Counted from the stretch's first letter, positions 29,696 through 39,511 are shown. The stretch: 64,000 bases of DNA from Candidatus Iainarchaeum sp. (GCA_018304465.1 JAGVWC010000011.1:87757-151756), one strand, 5' to 3'. Notes: generated by a model from the sequence alone, not told the origin. Translations and numbers: made by a program.

Positions 29696-29730
29696 GGATG
29701 AAAATATCTTCCCAAAACAAGAACACGCTG
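29696..29730 (-). repeat. scpA downstream half-site (short) plus start of the arm
   Basis: Minus strand TGG GAA GAT ATT TTC ATC (WEDIFI); 24-nt identity with 8564-8587. Confidence 0.85.
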
Positions 29731-29767
29731 TTTGATTTTCAGGCGGAAAAAATGCTGGAATTGGCTG

Positions 29768-30025
29768 TCAAAACTGGGTATACACTTTTTTCCGGTGTTC
29801 GATCCGCAGGACAATTATTTTTTTTGTTGCTGGAAATTTTTGGACAATTACCCGATAATGCCCCACACGAACCTTTTGGTATGGCGTTCCTTTTACGGCC
29901 TCGAGAAAAACGGAATCTTCTTTTTCAAATAATTCCATCTTGTCGAGAATTCGACGAGTAAGTTCTTTTTCAAGGGACTCAAGATCTTTCTTTGCGCGGT
30001 TCGTCCAAACAAGTGTGAAAGGCAT
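29768..30025 (-). CDS. RelE-family toxin
   Basis: WTNRAKKDLESL...KVRVGHYRVI...IEHRKKVY. Confidence 0.9.
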   Translation of the reverse strand: MPFTLVWTNRAKKDLESLEKELTRRILDKMELFEKEDSVFLEAVKGTPYQKVRVGHYRVIVQKFPATKKIIVLRIEHRKKVYTQF

Positions 30026-30274
30026 TCATAAACCCAGTTCTTTGCGTAATTGCTTGGAAGAAAACACGCGTCCGTGCCGCAGGTCTTTTTTAGCCTCTTC
30101 AATCCCCCTCAAGGTTTCCGAACTCAATTCGAACTCGGCCTCTTCATCTTCACGTATGCGACTTAATAATTTCTCAATCACATCCGCGTAGGTTTCACGC
30201 TCGTTTTCCTTGAATGCATCCAAATCCTTCTTTACTTTAACCGGGATCTGAATAGTCGAATTATCAGCCATCAT
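30026..30274 (-). CDS. Putative antitoxin (RHH-like)
   Basis: STIQI...ETYADVIEKLL...IEEAKKDLRHGRVFS; abuts the toxin start. Confidence 0.8.
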   Translation of the reverse strand: MMADNSTIQIPVKVKKDLDAFKENERETYADVIEKLLSRIREDEEAEFELSSETLRGIEEAKKDLRHGRVFSSKQLRKELGL

Positions 30275-30353
30275 AACACCTTATAGTATATTACAAACAA
30301 CTATAATAAAAGACGTTTCTTTCGATGATTGTGGAAATATCTTTTTGCCGCAG

Positions 30354-30459
30354 GTTTTGTTCCAGCGGATGAAGATGTCTTCCCACGACCGCTCCACGCT
30401 GCACGGTTTATCGACGGTTTTCTAAAGAAGACTGGCCGAGAACTTCGCCCGTTTTGAAT
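30354..30459 (-). repeat. scpA downstream half-site (30354-30385) plus conserved arm
   Basis: TGG GAA GAC ATC TTC ATC CGC TGG AAC AAA = WEDIFIRWNK, with 4 changes, all synonymous; arm homologous to 8581-8646. Confidence 0.9.
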
Positions 30460-30500
30460 TCGCCGGAACCTTTTTTAATTATAGGAACTCCGTATATACA

Positions 30501-31682
30501 ATGCCCGCACGAAATCGTCGCATACAACGAGTCCAAGCGGAAACCAATCGTGTGATGGACTCTGCCTTTGGAAATCCGCAGCACCGAGGAATAACACGTA
30601 GGCAACGCCTGGGAGAACTGCGCAACCAAGCCGCCCGTTATGCAAAACATGCGCCCGTCCAATTTGCAGCCCGACAAATCGTTAAACACCTCAGCCGCGC
30701 GCAAACTACGTTTGAAGGCCATTCAAAGATCACTCCTATCCAAAGCGCTTCTGTTTTTTACGGGGGTCAAAACATCCGGTTCGGAAAAGCGATTCGGGAA
30801 CACTTTCGAAAACGCAGGATCACCGCTCGATCCATGCAGCTAGATTCAAAACGATCTCCCACCAGCACAGTTGAGAATCGGCGCATCGACGCATTATCAC
30901 GAGCAAACGCGGTTGTATTTGCAGCGAATGGTCCCGCCAGCAAGCTTGATGGCCCCGTAGACCGGATTGTGAATAGTGTGGAGCGGCGATACGGAAAAAA
31001 AAGCGGTACTCGTCTTGCGCTGATGTACGGCATTACACCGCAAGCAGTCCGAGAAGTGCTATCCCTAAACTCCAAACGCATGCATGAATTCACACGGCGG
31101 ACTTTTCAAGCGGTACACGGATGCAAAACCATCCAAGTCCGGTCTTCCAGCGGGACCAACATGACTTTTTCGATTACTCCCCGACATCGCTGGGTTCAAG
31201 ATAACGCTATTCTCTCTAAAAACTATTGGGGAAACCTGCCCGCAGGAGAAGTATTCACCGCGCCCGCTTCCGCCAACGGAAACCTTGTGATCGATGCCGT
31301 GATGAACAACGTTGGCGACTGTCATAAAACGCCCATCACTGTGCAAATCCGAAACGGTCGCGCGATCCCTCAAACCGCACGGTGCAAGAACCCGCGACTG
31401 CTCAGAAAGTTTCTTGCCCAAATCCATGCGGAACCCAACGCGGACCGCATCGGCGAACTTGGTTTAGGGACCAATGTGGCGGTGACCAAACTCACCGGTA
31501 ACGATTTGGTGGATGAAAAGCATGTGGGCGTGCACGTGGCGTTTGGAGACCCCGAAGGCGCAGACACGGGGGCCACATGGACGACGGCAGAAGGCACTCA
31601 TAACGATGCGATTCTGCGAAAACCCAGCATATTTGTGGATGGGCGCTGCATCATGCGAAACGGAAAAAGTCTACTGATGTAA
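30501..31682 (+). CDS. M29 (aminopeptidase T-like) metallopeptidase with Arg-rich N-terminal extension
   Basis: NLPAGEVFTAP, IGELGLGTN, DEKHVGVHVAFG, HNDAI. Confidence 0.85.
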   Translation: MPARNRRIQRVQAETNRVMDSAFGNPQHRGITRRQRLGELRNQAARYAKHAPVQFAARQIVKHLSRAQTTFEGHSKITPIQSASVFYGGQNIRFGKAIREHFRKRRITARSMQLDSKRSPTSTVENRRIDALSRANAVVFAANGPASKLDGPVDRIVNSVERRYGKKSGTRLALMYGITPQAVREVLSLNSKRMHEFTRRTFQAVHGCKTIQVRSSSGTNMTFSITPRHRWVQDNAILSKNYWGNLPAGEVFTAPASANGNLVIDAVMNNVGDCHKTPITVQIRNGRAIPQTARCKNPRLLRKFLAQIHAEPNADRIGELGLGTNVAVTKLTGNDLVDEKHVGVHVAFGDPEGADTGATWTTAEGTHNDAILRKPSIFVDGRCIMRNGKSLLM

Positions 31683-31697
31683 AACTCATGGCTGTCA

Positions 31698-31771
31698 CAG
31701 CCAATCAGCTTATTTTTCCTACTCGTTTTTATTCCAGCGAATAAAGATATCTTCCCAGAATTGTTCTTGCC
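31698..31771 (-). repeat. scpA 3'-end copy (full site)
   Basis: 31710-31771 matches scpA 9830-9891 at 58/62, including a 46-nt perfect run. Confidence 0.97.
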
Positions 31772-31840
31772 TCGATGCGTTCACTTTTCCCAGTAAAAAG
31801 GTTTAAATATTTCGAATCTGTATCTAATAAAGGCCTGGAC

Positions 31841-32350
31841 ATGGGAATATACGATTCGCTTCCGCAACTCGATCTGGACATGGATTCCGCCAAAAAATAC
31901 GCGGCGATTGTCGCAGCCATTGTGGTGGTCGGATGCCTGGCATTTGTGCTGTTCACCCAAAACAACACCGCGTTTAGTATTTTTTCGTTTCTCAATGGAA
32001 ACCCGATCGACGCCAAATTCGACGGACCCATCAACCTTAGCATCGGATCCGACGGCTTGCCGGTAAAAACCAGTACGAATCTTGTGGTAACATTAACCAA
32101 CCCGTCCAATCAACCCGCACGCGACGTATCGATTCTGGTGCGCGCGTCCGATGACCAAGCCCTGATCATTTATCCGTCTTCACGCGTCATCCCCGTGCTT
32201 GACAAAACGCGTAACGCCCAATTCACGATCCGACCCAACCCCGTGCAACCCGCTTTGTCCGGAACCTATCTTATTGAAATACAGGCGTTTGTCGGCGACA
32301 AAGAATACTCCAAACAAATCGAATTACAGGTCAAAACCAACGAACCGTGA
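31841..32350 (+). CDS. Hypothetical membrane-anchored Ig-like protein
   Basis: N-terminal TM helix followed by a beta-rich domain. Confidence 0.7.
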   Translation: MGIYDSLPQLDLDMDSAKKYAAIVAAIVVVGCLAFVLFTQNNTAFSIFSFLNGNPIDAKFDGPINLSIGSDGLPVKTSTNLVVTLTNPSNQPARDVSILVRASDDQALIIYPSSRVIPVLDKTRNAQFTIRPNPVQPALSGTYLIEIQAFVGDKEYSKQIELQVKTNEP

Positions 32351-32351
32351 C

Positions 32352-32630
32352 CTAAAACCGGATTTCAAACTTTGAAAACGATTCGTAGGATTCCATCCAA
32401 TCCGACACCACGTGATCCACTCGGGCCAACCAGGTTCCTTTTTCGAGCATCGCCAAAAAATCGTTCAGTTTTTCTTTTTCGCCGACCGCGACGATTTCAA
32501 CGCTTCCATCCGGCACATTTCGGACGAATCCTGTCAGTTTATTTCGATTCGCCGCGGAAGAAACAAAAAAACGGTATCCCACGCCTTGCACGCGACCAAA
32601 AACAAAGACATGAACCTGAAGAATCGGCAT
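32352..32630 (-). CDS. acyP: Acylphosphatase
   Basis: GRVQGVGYR, GFVRNVPDGSVE. Confidence 0.95.
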   Translation of the reverse strand: MPILQVHVFVFGRVQGVGYRFFVSSAANRNKLTGFVRNVPDGSVEIVAVGEKEKLNDFLAMLEKGTWLARVDHVVSDWMESYESFSKFEIRF

Positions 32631-32639
32631 TTTTCATCC

Positions 32640-33086
32640 CTAACCGAGAGTTTTTTTCAATTCGTCTTGCGCAAACGAAATCAAGCGTTTCGTATCCGAA
32701 AATTTCAGTTTTCGAATCGCTTCGGAACCCGACAACCATTCAAATCCGTCATGTTCTTTCACGATATTATTGGAAAACGAAACCGATTCTTCTTCGTCGG
32801 TTTTCACTAAAAATACCGACAATTCATTCTGGATTTTCCGGTTCCGATCCCAATACACCATGTTCGTATCCAAGTGCTTGATGATCTCGATTTTTTTCAA
32901 ACCGCTTTCCTCGAAAATTTCGCGCCGCAACGCGTTTTCCTCGCTTTCGTTCGGTTCGATTCCGCCTTTTAACAATTCCCAACCGGACCAATTCAATTTT
33001 CGGTGCATGATCAAGAACAACGGCTCGCCGGACACCGAATCCAAACGGTAAATAATCGCCAAAACGCCAAATCGTTTGAGAACCAT
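32640..33086 (-). CDS. NUDIX hydrolase
   Basis: GGIEPNESEENALRREIFEESGL Nudix box. Confidence 0.92.
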   Translation of the reverse strand: MVLKRFGVLAIIYRLDSVSGEPLFLIMHRKLNWSGWELLKGGIEPNESEENALRREIFEESGLKKIEIIKHLDTNMVYWDRNRKIQNELSVFLVKTDEEESVSFSNNIVKEHDGFEWLSGSEAIRKLKFSDTKRLISFAQDELKKTLG

Positions 33087-33098
33087 GATTCCCTCAAT

Positions 33099-33446
33099 TC
33101 AGCGGATGTGAAATCCTTCCGGCATCTGATCCAATTCGGCGCCTTCCGATTCCACTTTTCGTTTCTTTACTTTTTCCGCGTAGTCATTCCAGACTTTTTT
33201 GGCCACGTCTCCGCGCAAAATCTTGACCACGACCTGCTTTGGCACGGGAATCGTCTGATACTTGGGAGAATAATCCAGCAACACCACGTCATTATCCTTG
33301 ATTTTGTCCGCCAACACCGGTTCGACTTCCACCGTCAACAAATTGTCATCCCACATCAACACAACCGCTTGAACGCTTTTATCCGCTCCTAAAACGCCTT
33401 TATCATCGTTTCTTAAAACCGTCAACACTTTTCCAGGATGAAACAT
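33099..33446 (-). CDS. Hypothetical protein
   Basis: 115-aa ORF in operon with the NUDIX and acyP genes. Confidence 0.7.
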   Translation of the reverse strand: MFHPGKVLTVLRNDDKGVLGADKSVQAVVLMWDDNLLTVEVEPVLADKIKDNDVVLLDYSPKYQTIPVPKQVVVKILRGDVAKKVWNDYAEKVKKRKVESEGAELDQMPEGFHIR

Positions 33447-33504
33447 CGGCCATCACTCCAACTCAATAGAAACAACCAAATGCTTTAATACATTCCGAAA
33501 CCCG

Positions 33505-33972
33505 ATGGTATTAGACTCCCCTATGACATCGCCGCATTCCGATCAATTGCTTGCGCGCCGCTGCGCCCAAATCTGCCGAGAATACTTCAAAGGAAAAGAA
33601 ATCACCAACTTACTCGTGGTCCGATGGGGAAAACCATGGAAAACAAAACTCGGGCACATCAAACCCCTGCGAGGCAATGTTCAATACGGATCCATCATTG
33701 AAATCAACACGGTTTTCCAGGATCCGCGCGTCCCCCAATTCGTCGTGGACGTCACCATGCTCCACGAACTCATTCATTACTTTCAGGGGTTCGGATCCAA
33801 TCATCCGCGCAAACACCGTCATCCCCATCGCGGCGGAAGCGTTACCAACGAATTCCGCGAATTCGGCTGGGTCGAGCTCCTCAAAAAACAAAACAAGTGG
33901 ATCAAGGAAAACTGGGTCAAAATGTGGAAAGAACACCACGCCCAATACAAACTCAGCCGGATCAAGGCATAA
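33505..33972 (+). CDS. SprT-like zinc metalloprotease domain protein
   Basis: HELIH motif with downstream HPHRG. Confidence 0.75.
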   Translation: MVLDSPMTSPHSDQLLARRCAQICREYFKGKEITNLLVVRWGKPWKTKLGHIKPLRGNVQYGSIIEINTVFQDPRVPQFVVDVTMLHELIHYFQGFGSNHPRKHRHPHRGGSVTNEFREFGWVELLKKQNKWIKENWVKMWKEHHAQYKLSRIKA

Positions 33973-33974
33973 GA

Positions 33975-35075
33975 CTACTTGGCCACATTTCGCTTGCGCA
34001 ATTCCGAAAGGAGGTTGTTCTTGAACAATTCCAAATTTTCCCGCGACACTTTTCCCGCGGCCGCCGGCGCATGCCCGCCCGCGCTTGCGTTTTCGATTCC
34101 TTTGACGCTTTCTTCAAGCAAATCATTCACGCGCACCTTGCCGTCTTGCCGACGGCCAGAAAAATTCGCGGTCTTCATTCCGTCCAGCAACTGAACCAAC
34201 ACCACGGTTTGATTGGGATAAAAATCGAACGAAATCTTGTTGATGAACGGGGACTTGATGGGAAAACGCGGATGGAACACGAACCACACGAGTTCGATCT
34301 CCGGAAAAAACTCGGCTTTTTTTTTGAATTCCAAAAGCCAATAATCCATTTCTTCCTCCAAATCCTTGGCCAAACCGAAAAAATCCGAAGCCAAAATGTC
34401 TCTGGTGCCCGACGCGTCCAAAAACAATCGGTACAACTCCGAAAACTTCGAGTTATCGATGATTCCAACCGCGTCGATCACCTGACAGCTTTTTTTGATC
34501 GCGTCCAAATCGGTCTTGCTTTTTTTCAATTCCGAGTCGAAAAAAGTTTTCCACGCGCCGTTCGCACAATCCGCGTACAATCCGATGCAGCAAAGCCAAC
34601 TCGACGAAGACAAATCCACCTGACGCGAAAACAAATCGAACGCCATTTTGGACGCGGGATACTTGGACGGATCCATTCCTTTGGGAGCGATCCATTCCGC
34701 CTTGATGAACACGGTTTTCTCCGAATTAAAATCGTTATACACCTTGTGATGATCGACAAACAGCACTTCTGCGAACGGTTCCAGGTTTTTGATGACAAAA
34801 TCATCCTGGTCCAGTGACAAATCCAAAATCAACACCTTGTTGCATTGGCGGTCCTTTAAAACGGAAATTTTTCTCATTAAACCGTCTTGATTCGGATACC
34901 CCGAACAGAAAAAAATATCCGGTCGTTTTCCAATCAAGGACTCAACGGCTTTCGCCGCGATCGCCCCGGACATCAAACCATCGCCGTCGCAATGCACCCA
35001 CAATCCAACCCGATCGTTCTTCGAAAGCGCTTTTAGGAACAGATCGAACCGCTTCAAAATCTTCGACTTTTGCAT
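33975..35075 (-). CDS. DHH/DHHA1 phosphoesterase (RecJ-like)
   Basis: HCDGDG, ILDL, VDHH, GGHAPAAAG. Confidence 0.9.
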   Translation of the reverse strand: MQKSKILKRFDLFLKALSKNDRVGLWVHCDGDGLMSGAIAAKAVESLIGKRPDIFFCSGYPNQDGLMRKISVLKDRQCNKVLILDLSLDQDDFVIKNLEPFAEVLFVDHHKVYNDFNSEKTVFIKAEWIAPKGMDPSKYPASKMAFDLFSRQVDLSSSSWLCCIGLYADCANGAWKTFFDSELKKSKTDLDAIKKSCQVIDAVGIIDNSKFSELYRLFLDASGTRDILASDFFGLAKDLEEEMDYWLLEFKKKAEFFPEIELVWFVFHPRFPIKSPFINKISFDFYPNQTVVLVQLLDGMKTANFSGRRQDGKVRVNDLLEESVKGIENASAGGHAPAAAGKVSRENLELFKNNLLSELRKRNVAK

Positions 35076-35140
35076 AAGGAAAGGTTTTTTACAAACGTTT
35101 AATAACCCCAATACCCCAAAACAATACCGAAGGAACTGCC

Positions 35141-35329
35141 ATGGGATTTGAATACAAAAACAGCAAAGGAAAAACATATTACCTCAACCAAAACGGAAAA
35201 CTATTCTTTTTTTCATCCGAAAAAAAACCCAGTGCCATCGACTTGCCCATCGGATACAACGTGGTGGAAAACTCGAAAACCGGGCTTCCCATGCTCAAAA
35301 AAAATAAGCCGCTAAAAGAATTTCAGTGA
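35141..35329 (+). CDS. Small hypothetical protein
   Basis: 62-aa ORF YKNSKGKTYYL...LPIGYNVVENSKTGLPMLKK. Confidence 0.7.
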   Translation: MGFEYKNSKGKTYYLNQNGKLFFFSSEKKPSAIDLPIGYNVVENSKTGLPMLKKNKPLKEFQ

Positions 35330-35341
35330 CAGTAGATTACA

Positions 35342-36418
35342 ATGAAAGAAAAAATCCGGGACTTGTTCCGTCAAACCCCCGCCACGACCGTAATCATCCG
35401 AAACACCCGCCAATCCCTCGATCCGGCGTTTCAATATTTTTCAGGACTCGACCCCAAACGGTTTGACAACAACATTTTGCTCCTTGAAAAAAACAAACCG
35501 CATCCCACGCTTTTGGTTCACTCGATGGAATTCGACGAAGACCTCAAACGATTACCTCTACACGTGGTCATTATCGACCGCCAAAAAAAAATGGACCTTT
35601 TTTTGTCCCAGCGATTCAAAAACAAAATCGTCGGCCTCAATTATGACACCTATCCCTATCAACGCGTCTTGTATTTGCGCAAACACTTTCACCCCAAACG
35701 ACTCGTGAACATTTCTTCGGGTTTGGCGACTGTTCGCGCTGAAAAAACCCCGCAAGAAATCAAAAAAATCAAAACCGCCTGCAAAATCACGAGCGAAATC
35801 CTCGAACACGCGCCGGAATTCGTCAAAAAAATCCGAACCGAAAAAGAACTCGCCGAAAAACTCGAAAACGAGGCATTCAAAACCGTTGACGAACTCGCGT
35901 ACCCCACGATTGTTGCTTTTGGAAAAAACGCGGGAATCCCGCATCATAATCCGGCGCCGCAAAAAATCGGAAAAAATAATTTTCTGCTGATTGATTTTGG
36001 CGTGAAGTACGACGGATACTGCGCGGACCTCACGCGGACTTTTTTTAGGGGAAAACCAACCGAAGAACAGCAATGGCAATACTGGGTCGTCTCTCAATCC
36101 AAAAAACGCGCCTTTGAACTTGCAAAACCCGGCGCAATCGCGTCGGATCTCTTCGAAGCCGCCGACGACGTGATTTTTTCCGGTTTCAAAACCCATATTC
36201 CGCACGCGCTCGGACACGGCATCGGACTCGAAGTCCACGATTATCCCACGCGCATGGCGACCAAAGAAACATGGAAACTCGCGCCAAACCAAGTCGTGAC
36301 GCTTGAACCCGCGATTTACACCCGCTCATTCGGCATCCGGATCGAAGACGACATTCGAATCACCAAAACAGGCGCCGAGTACCTGACCCGTGCACCAGAA
36401 GAACTCCACACCCTCTAA
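35342..36418 (+). CDS. Xaa-Pro peptidase (M24B)
   Basis: IDFGVKYDGYCADLTRT, HALGHGIGLEVHD, TLEPAIY, GIRIEDD. Confidence 0.95.
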   Translation: MKEKIRDLFRQTPATTVIIRNTRQSLDPAFQYFSGLDPKRFDNNILLLEKNKPHPTLLVHSMEFDEDLKRLPLHVVIIDRQKKMDLFLSQRFKNKIVGLNYDTYPYQRVLYLRKHFHPKRLVNISSGLATVRAEKTPQEIKKIKTACKITSEILEHAPEFVKKIRTEKELAEKLENEAFKTVDELAYPTIVAFGKNAGIPHHNPAPQKIGKNNFLLIDFGVKYDGYCADLTRTFFRGKPTEEQQWQYWVVSQSKKRAFELAKPGAIASDLFEAADDVIFSGFKTHIPHALGHGIGLEVHDYPTRMATKETWKLAPNQVVTLEPAIYTRSFGIRIEDDIRITKTGAEYLTRAPEELHTL

Positions 36419-36513
36419 AAAACATACCATAAACCTCTTTCTACAAGAAAACACCCCCGATCCATCGTTTTTAAGACTATCGTCAATAGTATATGCAGGG
36501 TAGGTGAAAACAC

Positions 36514-36666
36514 ATGCGAATCAACCCACAGCCTGGATTTACGGCAAACCCGCTCCGAAAAAAAAGAAAATGCCTCAACTGCGCAAAAGACATCGTGGAT
36601 GACAATAGCGTCGCATTCCTAAGAGGATTTTGTTCGGACAAATGCCGAAACGAATACATGGAATAA
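36514..36666 (+). CDS. 50-aa Zn-finger (CxxC...FCSxxC) microprotein
   Basis: Not in the ORF track. AGGTGA SD, then MRINPQPGFTANPLRKKRKCLNCAKDIVDDNSVAFLRGFCSDKCRNEYME*. Confidence 0.75.
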   Translation: MRINPQPGFTANPLRKKRKCLNCAKDIVDDNSVAFLRGFCSDKCRNEYME

Positions 36667-36680
36667 AAGGAGACAAAAAA

Positions 36681-37061
36681 ATGACCACCAGCCCCGAATC
36701 GATGCTTTGGACCAAAAACGCCACCAAAAGAATACTTCAATTGGTGTTCGATGAAAACGACGACGTCCTCAAATGCCTTGAAACCGCCATGATCGAACAC
36801 AATATCCACGAAGTCACGATTATCGAAGCCACCGGTAACATCAAAAGCGGCATCGGAAACTATTTGCTGGGATCCCGCTTATTTTCTTACAATTTCGACA
36901 ACACCCGCATCAAAATGACCACCGGTCATTTCAAACGATCCAAAGACGGCTTGTTTGGCGTCCTCAAAATCATTCCGCAAGACGACAACAACCACGTCAC
37001 GATCGCCAAAGCCATCGCGGGACCCGATCTGGAACTCAAAGTATCCTACTACGAGTTCTAA
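36681..37061 (+). CDS. PPC/DUF296-like protein
   Basis: LVFDENDDVLKCL...IIEATGNI; AGGAG SD. Confidence 0.6.
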   Translation: MTTSPESMLWTKNATKRILQLVFDENDDVLKCLETAMIEHNIHEVTIIEATGNIKSGIGNYLLGSRLFSYNFDNTRIKMTTGHFKRSKDGLFGVLKIIPQDDNNHVTIAKAIAGPDLELKVSYYEF

Positions 37062-37219
37062 GCCGACGGATTTTCGTTCAGCGCTTTCTGCCGGACCGGA
37101 AAAAGGGTTCCTGAATTTTTTTCAAACCATTCCACCACACGTTTCTTTGCTTCGAAAAGGCAAATCACAAAGGGACCACACGCTTTCAAATTAAAAAGAA
37201 ATTGGTGGTCGCATTAATA

Positions 37220-37966
37220 ATGGAACTATCTTTCGTCAAAGAACGAATTGAACACGCGGTGTTGTGCAAACAATTGGCGAACATCGTCGGCACTTGTTAT
37301 GTAGAGTACTGGGGTCGCGCGGCCTCCAAACTCCCCAAAGGAAAACGACTGCTTATGATCAAAGGCGACGGCTCGTTTGCGATTCACCAGAACCGATTGT
37401 TGCGTCCAACGAACTACATGATGGGTTCGACCATCGGATGCGAACTATCCGACGACACCCTGATCATCACCGCAAGCAAATTGCACCCCAAAGAAACCAT
37501 GAAAGTCATTTTTTACAACGTCGACGACCTTCAAAGCTACGAAATGGACGAAGCAAGCGATCTGCGATTATTCGGAAGCGAACGCGAACTCTCCGACCAA
37601 CTCATGCAAGACTTATCGTTTCTCGAAGCCGGATTAAAACCGCTCAACCAAGAAGAAGTCCTGCGCAAAGGACTCGTGGACATCCTCGCCGAAGACAAGG
37701 AAGGACGACTCGTGGTCATTGAACTCAAGCGACGCCAAGCCGACTTTAACGCGGTGCAACAACTGAAACGCTATATGGACCAGGTCCAAAACATGAAAGG
37801 AAAAAAAACGCGAGGCCTCCTGATCGCCCCCGAAATCCGAAAAAACGCCCGGGAACTCCTCGAAAAATACGGTCTCGAGTTTTTCGCGATCGATTTTGAA
37901 GTATCAAACCCGTCCACCAAAATCAAAGGACTGCAAAAAAAACAAAAAACCCTTTTTGAACTGTGA
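37220..37966 (+). CDS. nucS: Endonuclease NucS/EndoMS
   Basis: VEYWGRAASKL, IKGDGSFAIH, DILAED...VVIELKR, AVQQLKRY. Confidence 0.93.
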   Translation: MELSFVKERIEHAVLCKQLANIVGTCYVEYWGRAASKLPKGKRLLMIKGDGSFAIHQNRLLRPTNYMMGSTIGCELSDDTLIITASKLHPKETMKVIFYNVDDLQSYEMDEASDLRLFGSERELSDQLMQDLSFLEAGLKPLNQEEVLRKGLVDILAEDKEGRLVVIELKRRQADFNAVQQLKRYMDQVQNMKGKKTRGLLIAPEIRKNARELLEKYGLEFFAIDFEVSNPSTKIKGLQKKQKTLFEL

Positions 37967-37981
37967 AAAAGAAAAATCCCT

Positions 37982-39511
37982 TCACTTCACCGAAATCTGA
38001 TTGATGACAATGCTTTGATTCGGAACCGTAGTAAACATTTTGATTCCGATCCCGCCGTGACTGACCGCGTCCAGATGATTCGCGGTCAACACCCGAATCC
38101 CGTTGATGCTGCAACTGATTTCTCTTGGACCGACAAATGTTGACAAAACCACGAAACTACCGTCGGTCAAATGGATTTGCGACGGAAGCGCGGCTTGTTT
38201 TAACACCTCGGTCGAATTATTGTAGGTCATGACCGCTGAAACCGAGTTTCCTCGAAAAAGACACGCCAAATAATTTTCCGGATTCTGGTATCGGACCAGT
38301 TGGGCAACGGAAAGATCGGAAAAAAACTGGGTCGAAAAAGAATACTCGTAATCCGTCCACAAATACGATCCGTCCAGATACACCAACCCCGTGGTCTTGT
38401 CATCGCCCGGAACCAGGCTAATCGAATCTTTTTCCAATGAAAACTTTCCCCAATTGTCAATCCAGCGAAAACGACTGGAATAATCTTCCGCGTACGGCAA
38501 ATCCAACGCGCGACTTGCTTCCATTTGCTCCATCACGTCAAGCGCCGAATCCTCGGAATACACTGTCAGACGAATCACGAAATCGGATCCTTGCCCCGGA
38601 TCCGGATAGTTGGATCGAAAATCGCGGTTGGCAATCGGTTTAAACTGATAATAAACAATCGGAAAATTCTGCTTCAAAAGCAGTGACATAATCGGCATGA
38701 CATTGCGGTCGTTGGATTTATACTGTCCAAAATCGCTAAACGGCAAGGCAAACGCCAACAACTCCGGATTGAATTCTTCCCGAACCAGGTTTTTGGCCTT
38801 GATCAAATCCGTTCCCACGCGCGAATAAAACTCGTCATCGGTTTCCAGACGGTTTTCGTCATTTAGCCACAGCTTGTTTCCATAAAACGAATTTCGATTC
38901 GACGCGCTATCGATTGGAATCGTCACATGACCATTGTAACTATGCGCCCCGATTTCCCACCGGCCCGTTGCCCGCATTTCGTTGATTTCCGCCTTGTTCA
39001 GGTAATACCGATGGTTTCCTTCCACGGAATACTTGGCGACAATAAACATCGCGGCCTTGTAATCCAGGGCTTTTAGAATCAAATCCGTGTTGTAAAAAGA
39101 GCTTTTTCGCCCGTCATCAAACGTCAAAACAAACGATTTGTCCGGCAACGTTTTTGTTCCCTTCAAAAACTCGTACAAATCCTTTTGAGTCACGGTTTCA
39201 TACCCCGCTTTTTTTAACGCGAACATATGTTGCTTGAATTGATCGATGGTCACGCTTCCGCTTTCGGGAAACGGCGTCACGCCATGGTACACCAACACGG
39301 GAACCGACTTTGCCTCGCCCCCCGAACGGTTTTCATCGAAAAAAACCTGTTTTTCCACGATTTCTTCCTCGAGTTTAAGGTAATCCACATGCATGTCCAC
39401 CGAAAAATCGGATGGTTTTGGATTCAACACCTTCGGATCGTAATACTTGACCAACAGCACCGCGAAAATGAAAACAAGCACCAACACGATGGCCACTTCT
39501 TTTAACCTCAT
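37982..39511 (-). CDS. Polysaccharide deacetylase (CE4, PgaB/IcaB-like) with C-terminal beta domain
   Basis: N-terminal [24 protein letters not shown]. Confidence 0.9.
   Translation of the reverse strand: MRLKEVAIVLVLVFIFAVLLVKYYDPKVLNPKPSDFSVDMHVDYLKLEEEIVEKQVFFDENRSGGEAKSVPVLVYHGVTPFPESGSVTIDQFKQHMFALKKAGYETVTQKDLYEFLKGTKTLPDKSFVLTFDDGRKSSFYNTDLILKALDYKAAMFIVAKYSVEGNHRYYLNKAEINEMRATGRWEIGAHSYNGHVTIPIDSASNRNSFYGNKLWLNDENRLETDDEFYSRVGTDLIKAKNLVREEFNPELLAFALPFSDFGQYKSNDRNVMPIMSLLLKQNFPIVYYQFKPIANRDFRSNYPDPGQGSDFVIRLTVYSEDSALDVMEQMEASRALDLPYAEDYSSRFRWIDNWGKFSLEKDSISLVPGDDKTTGLVYLDGSYLWTDYEYSFSTQFFSDLSVAQLVRYQNPENYLACLFRGNSVSAVMTYNNSTEVLKQAALPSQIHLTDGSFVVLSTFVGPREISCSINGIRVLTANHLDAVSHGGIGIKMFTTVPNQSIVINQISVK

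Noticed and set aside
828-31771. scpA-end repeats as a DGR template/variable repeat pair
   Set aside because: Differences are not confined to adenines on either strand, they follow codon third positions, and no reverse transcriptase is visible.
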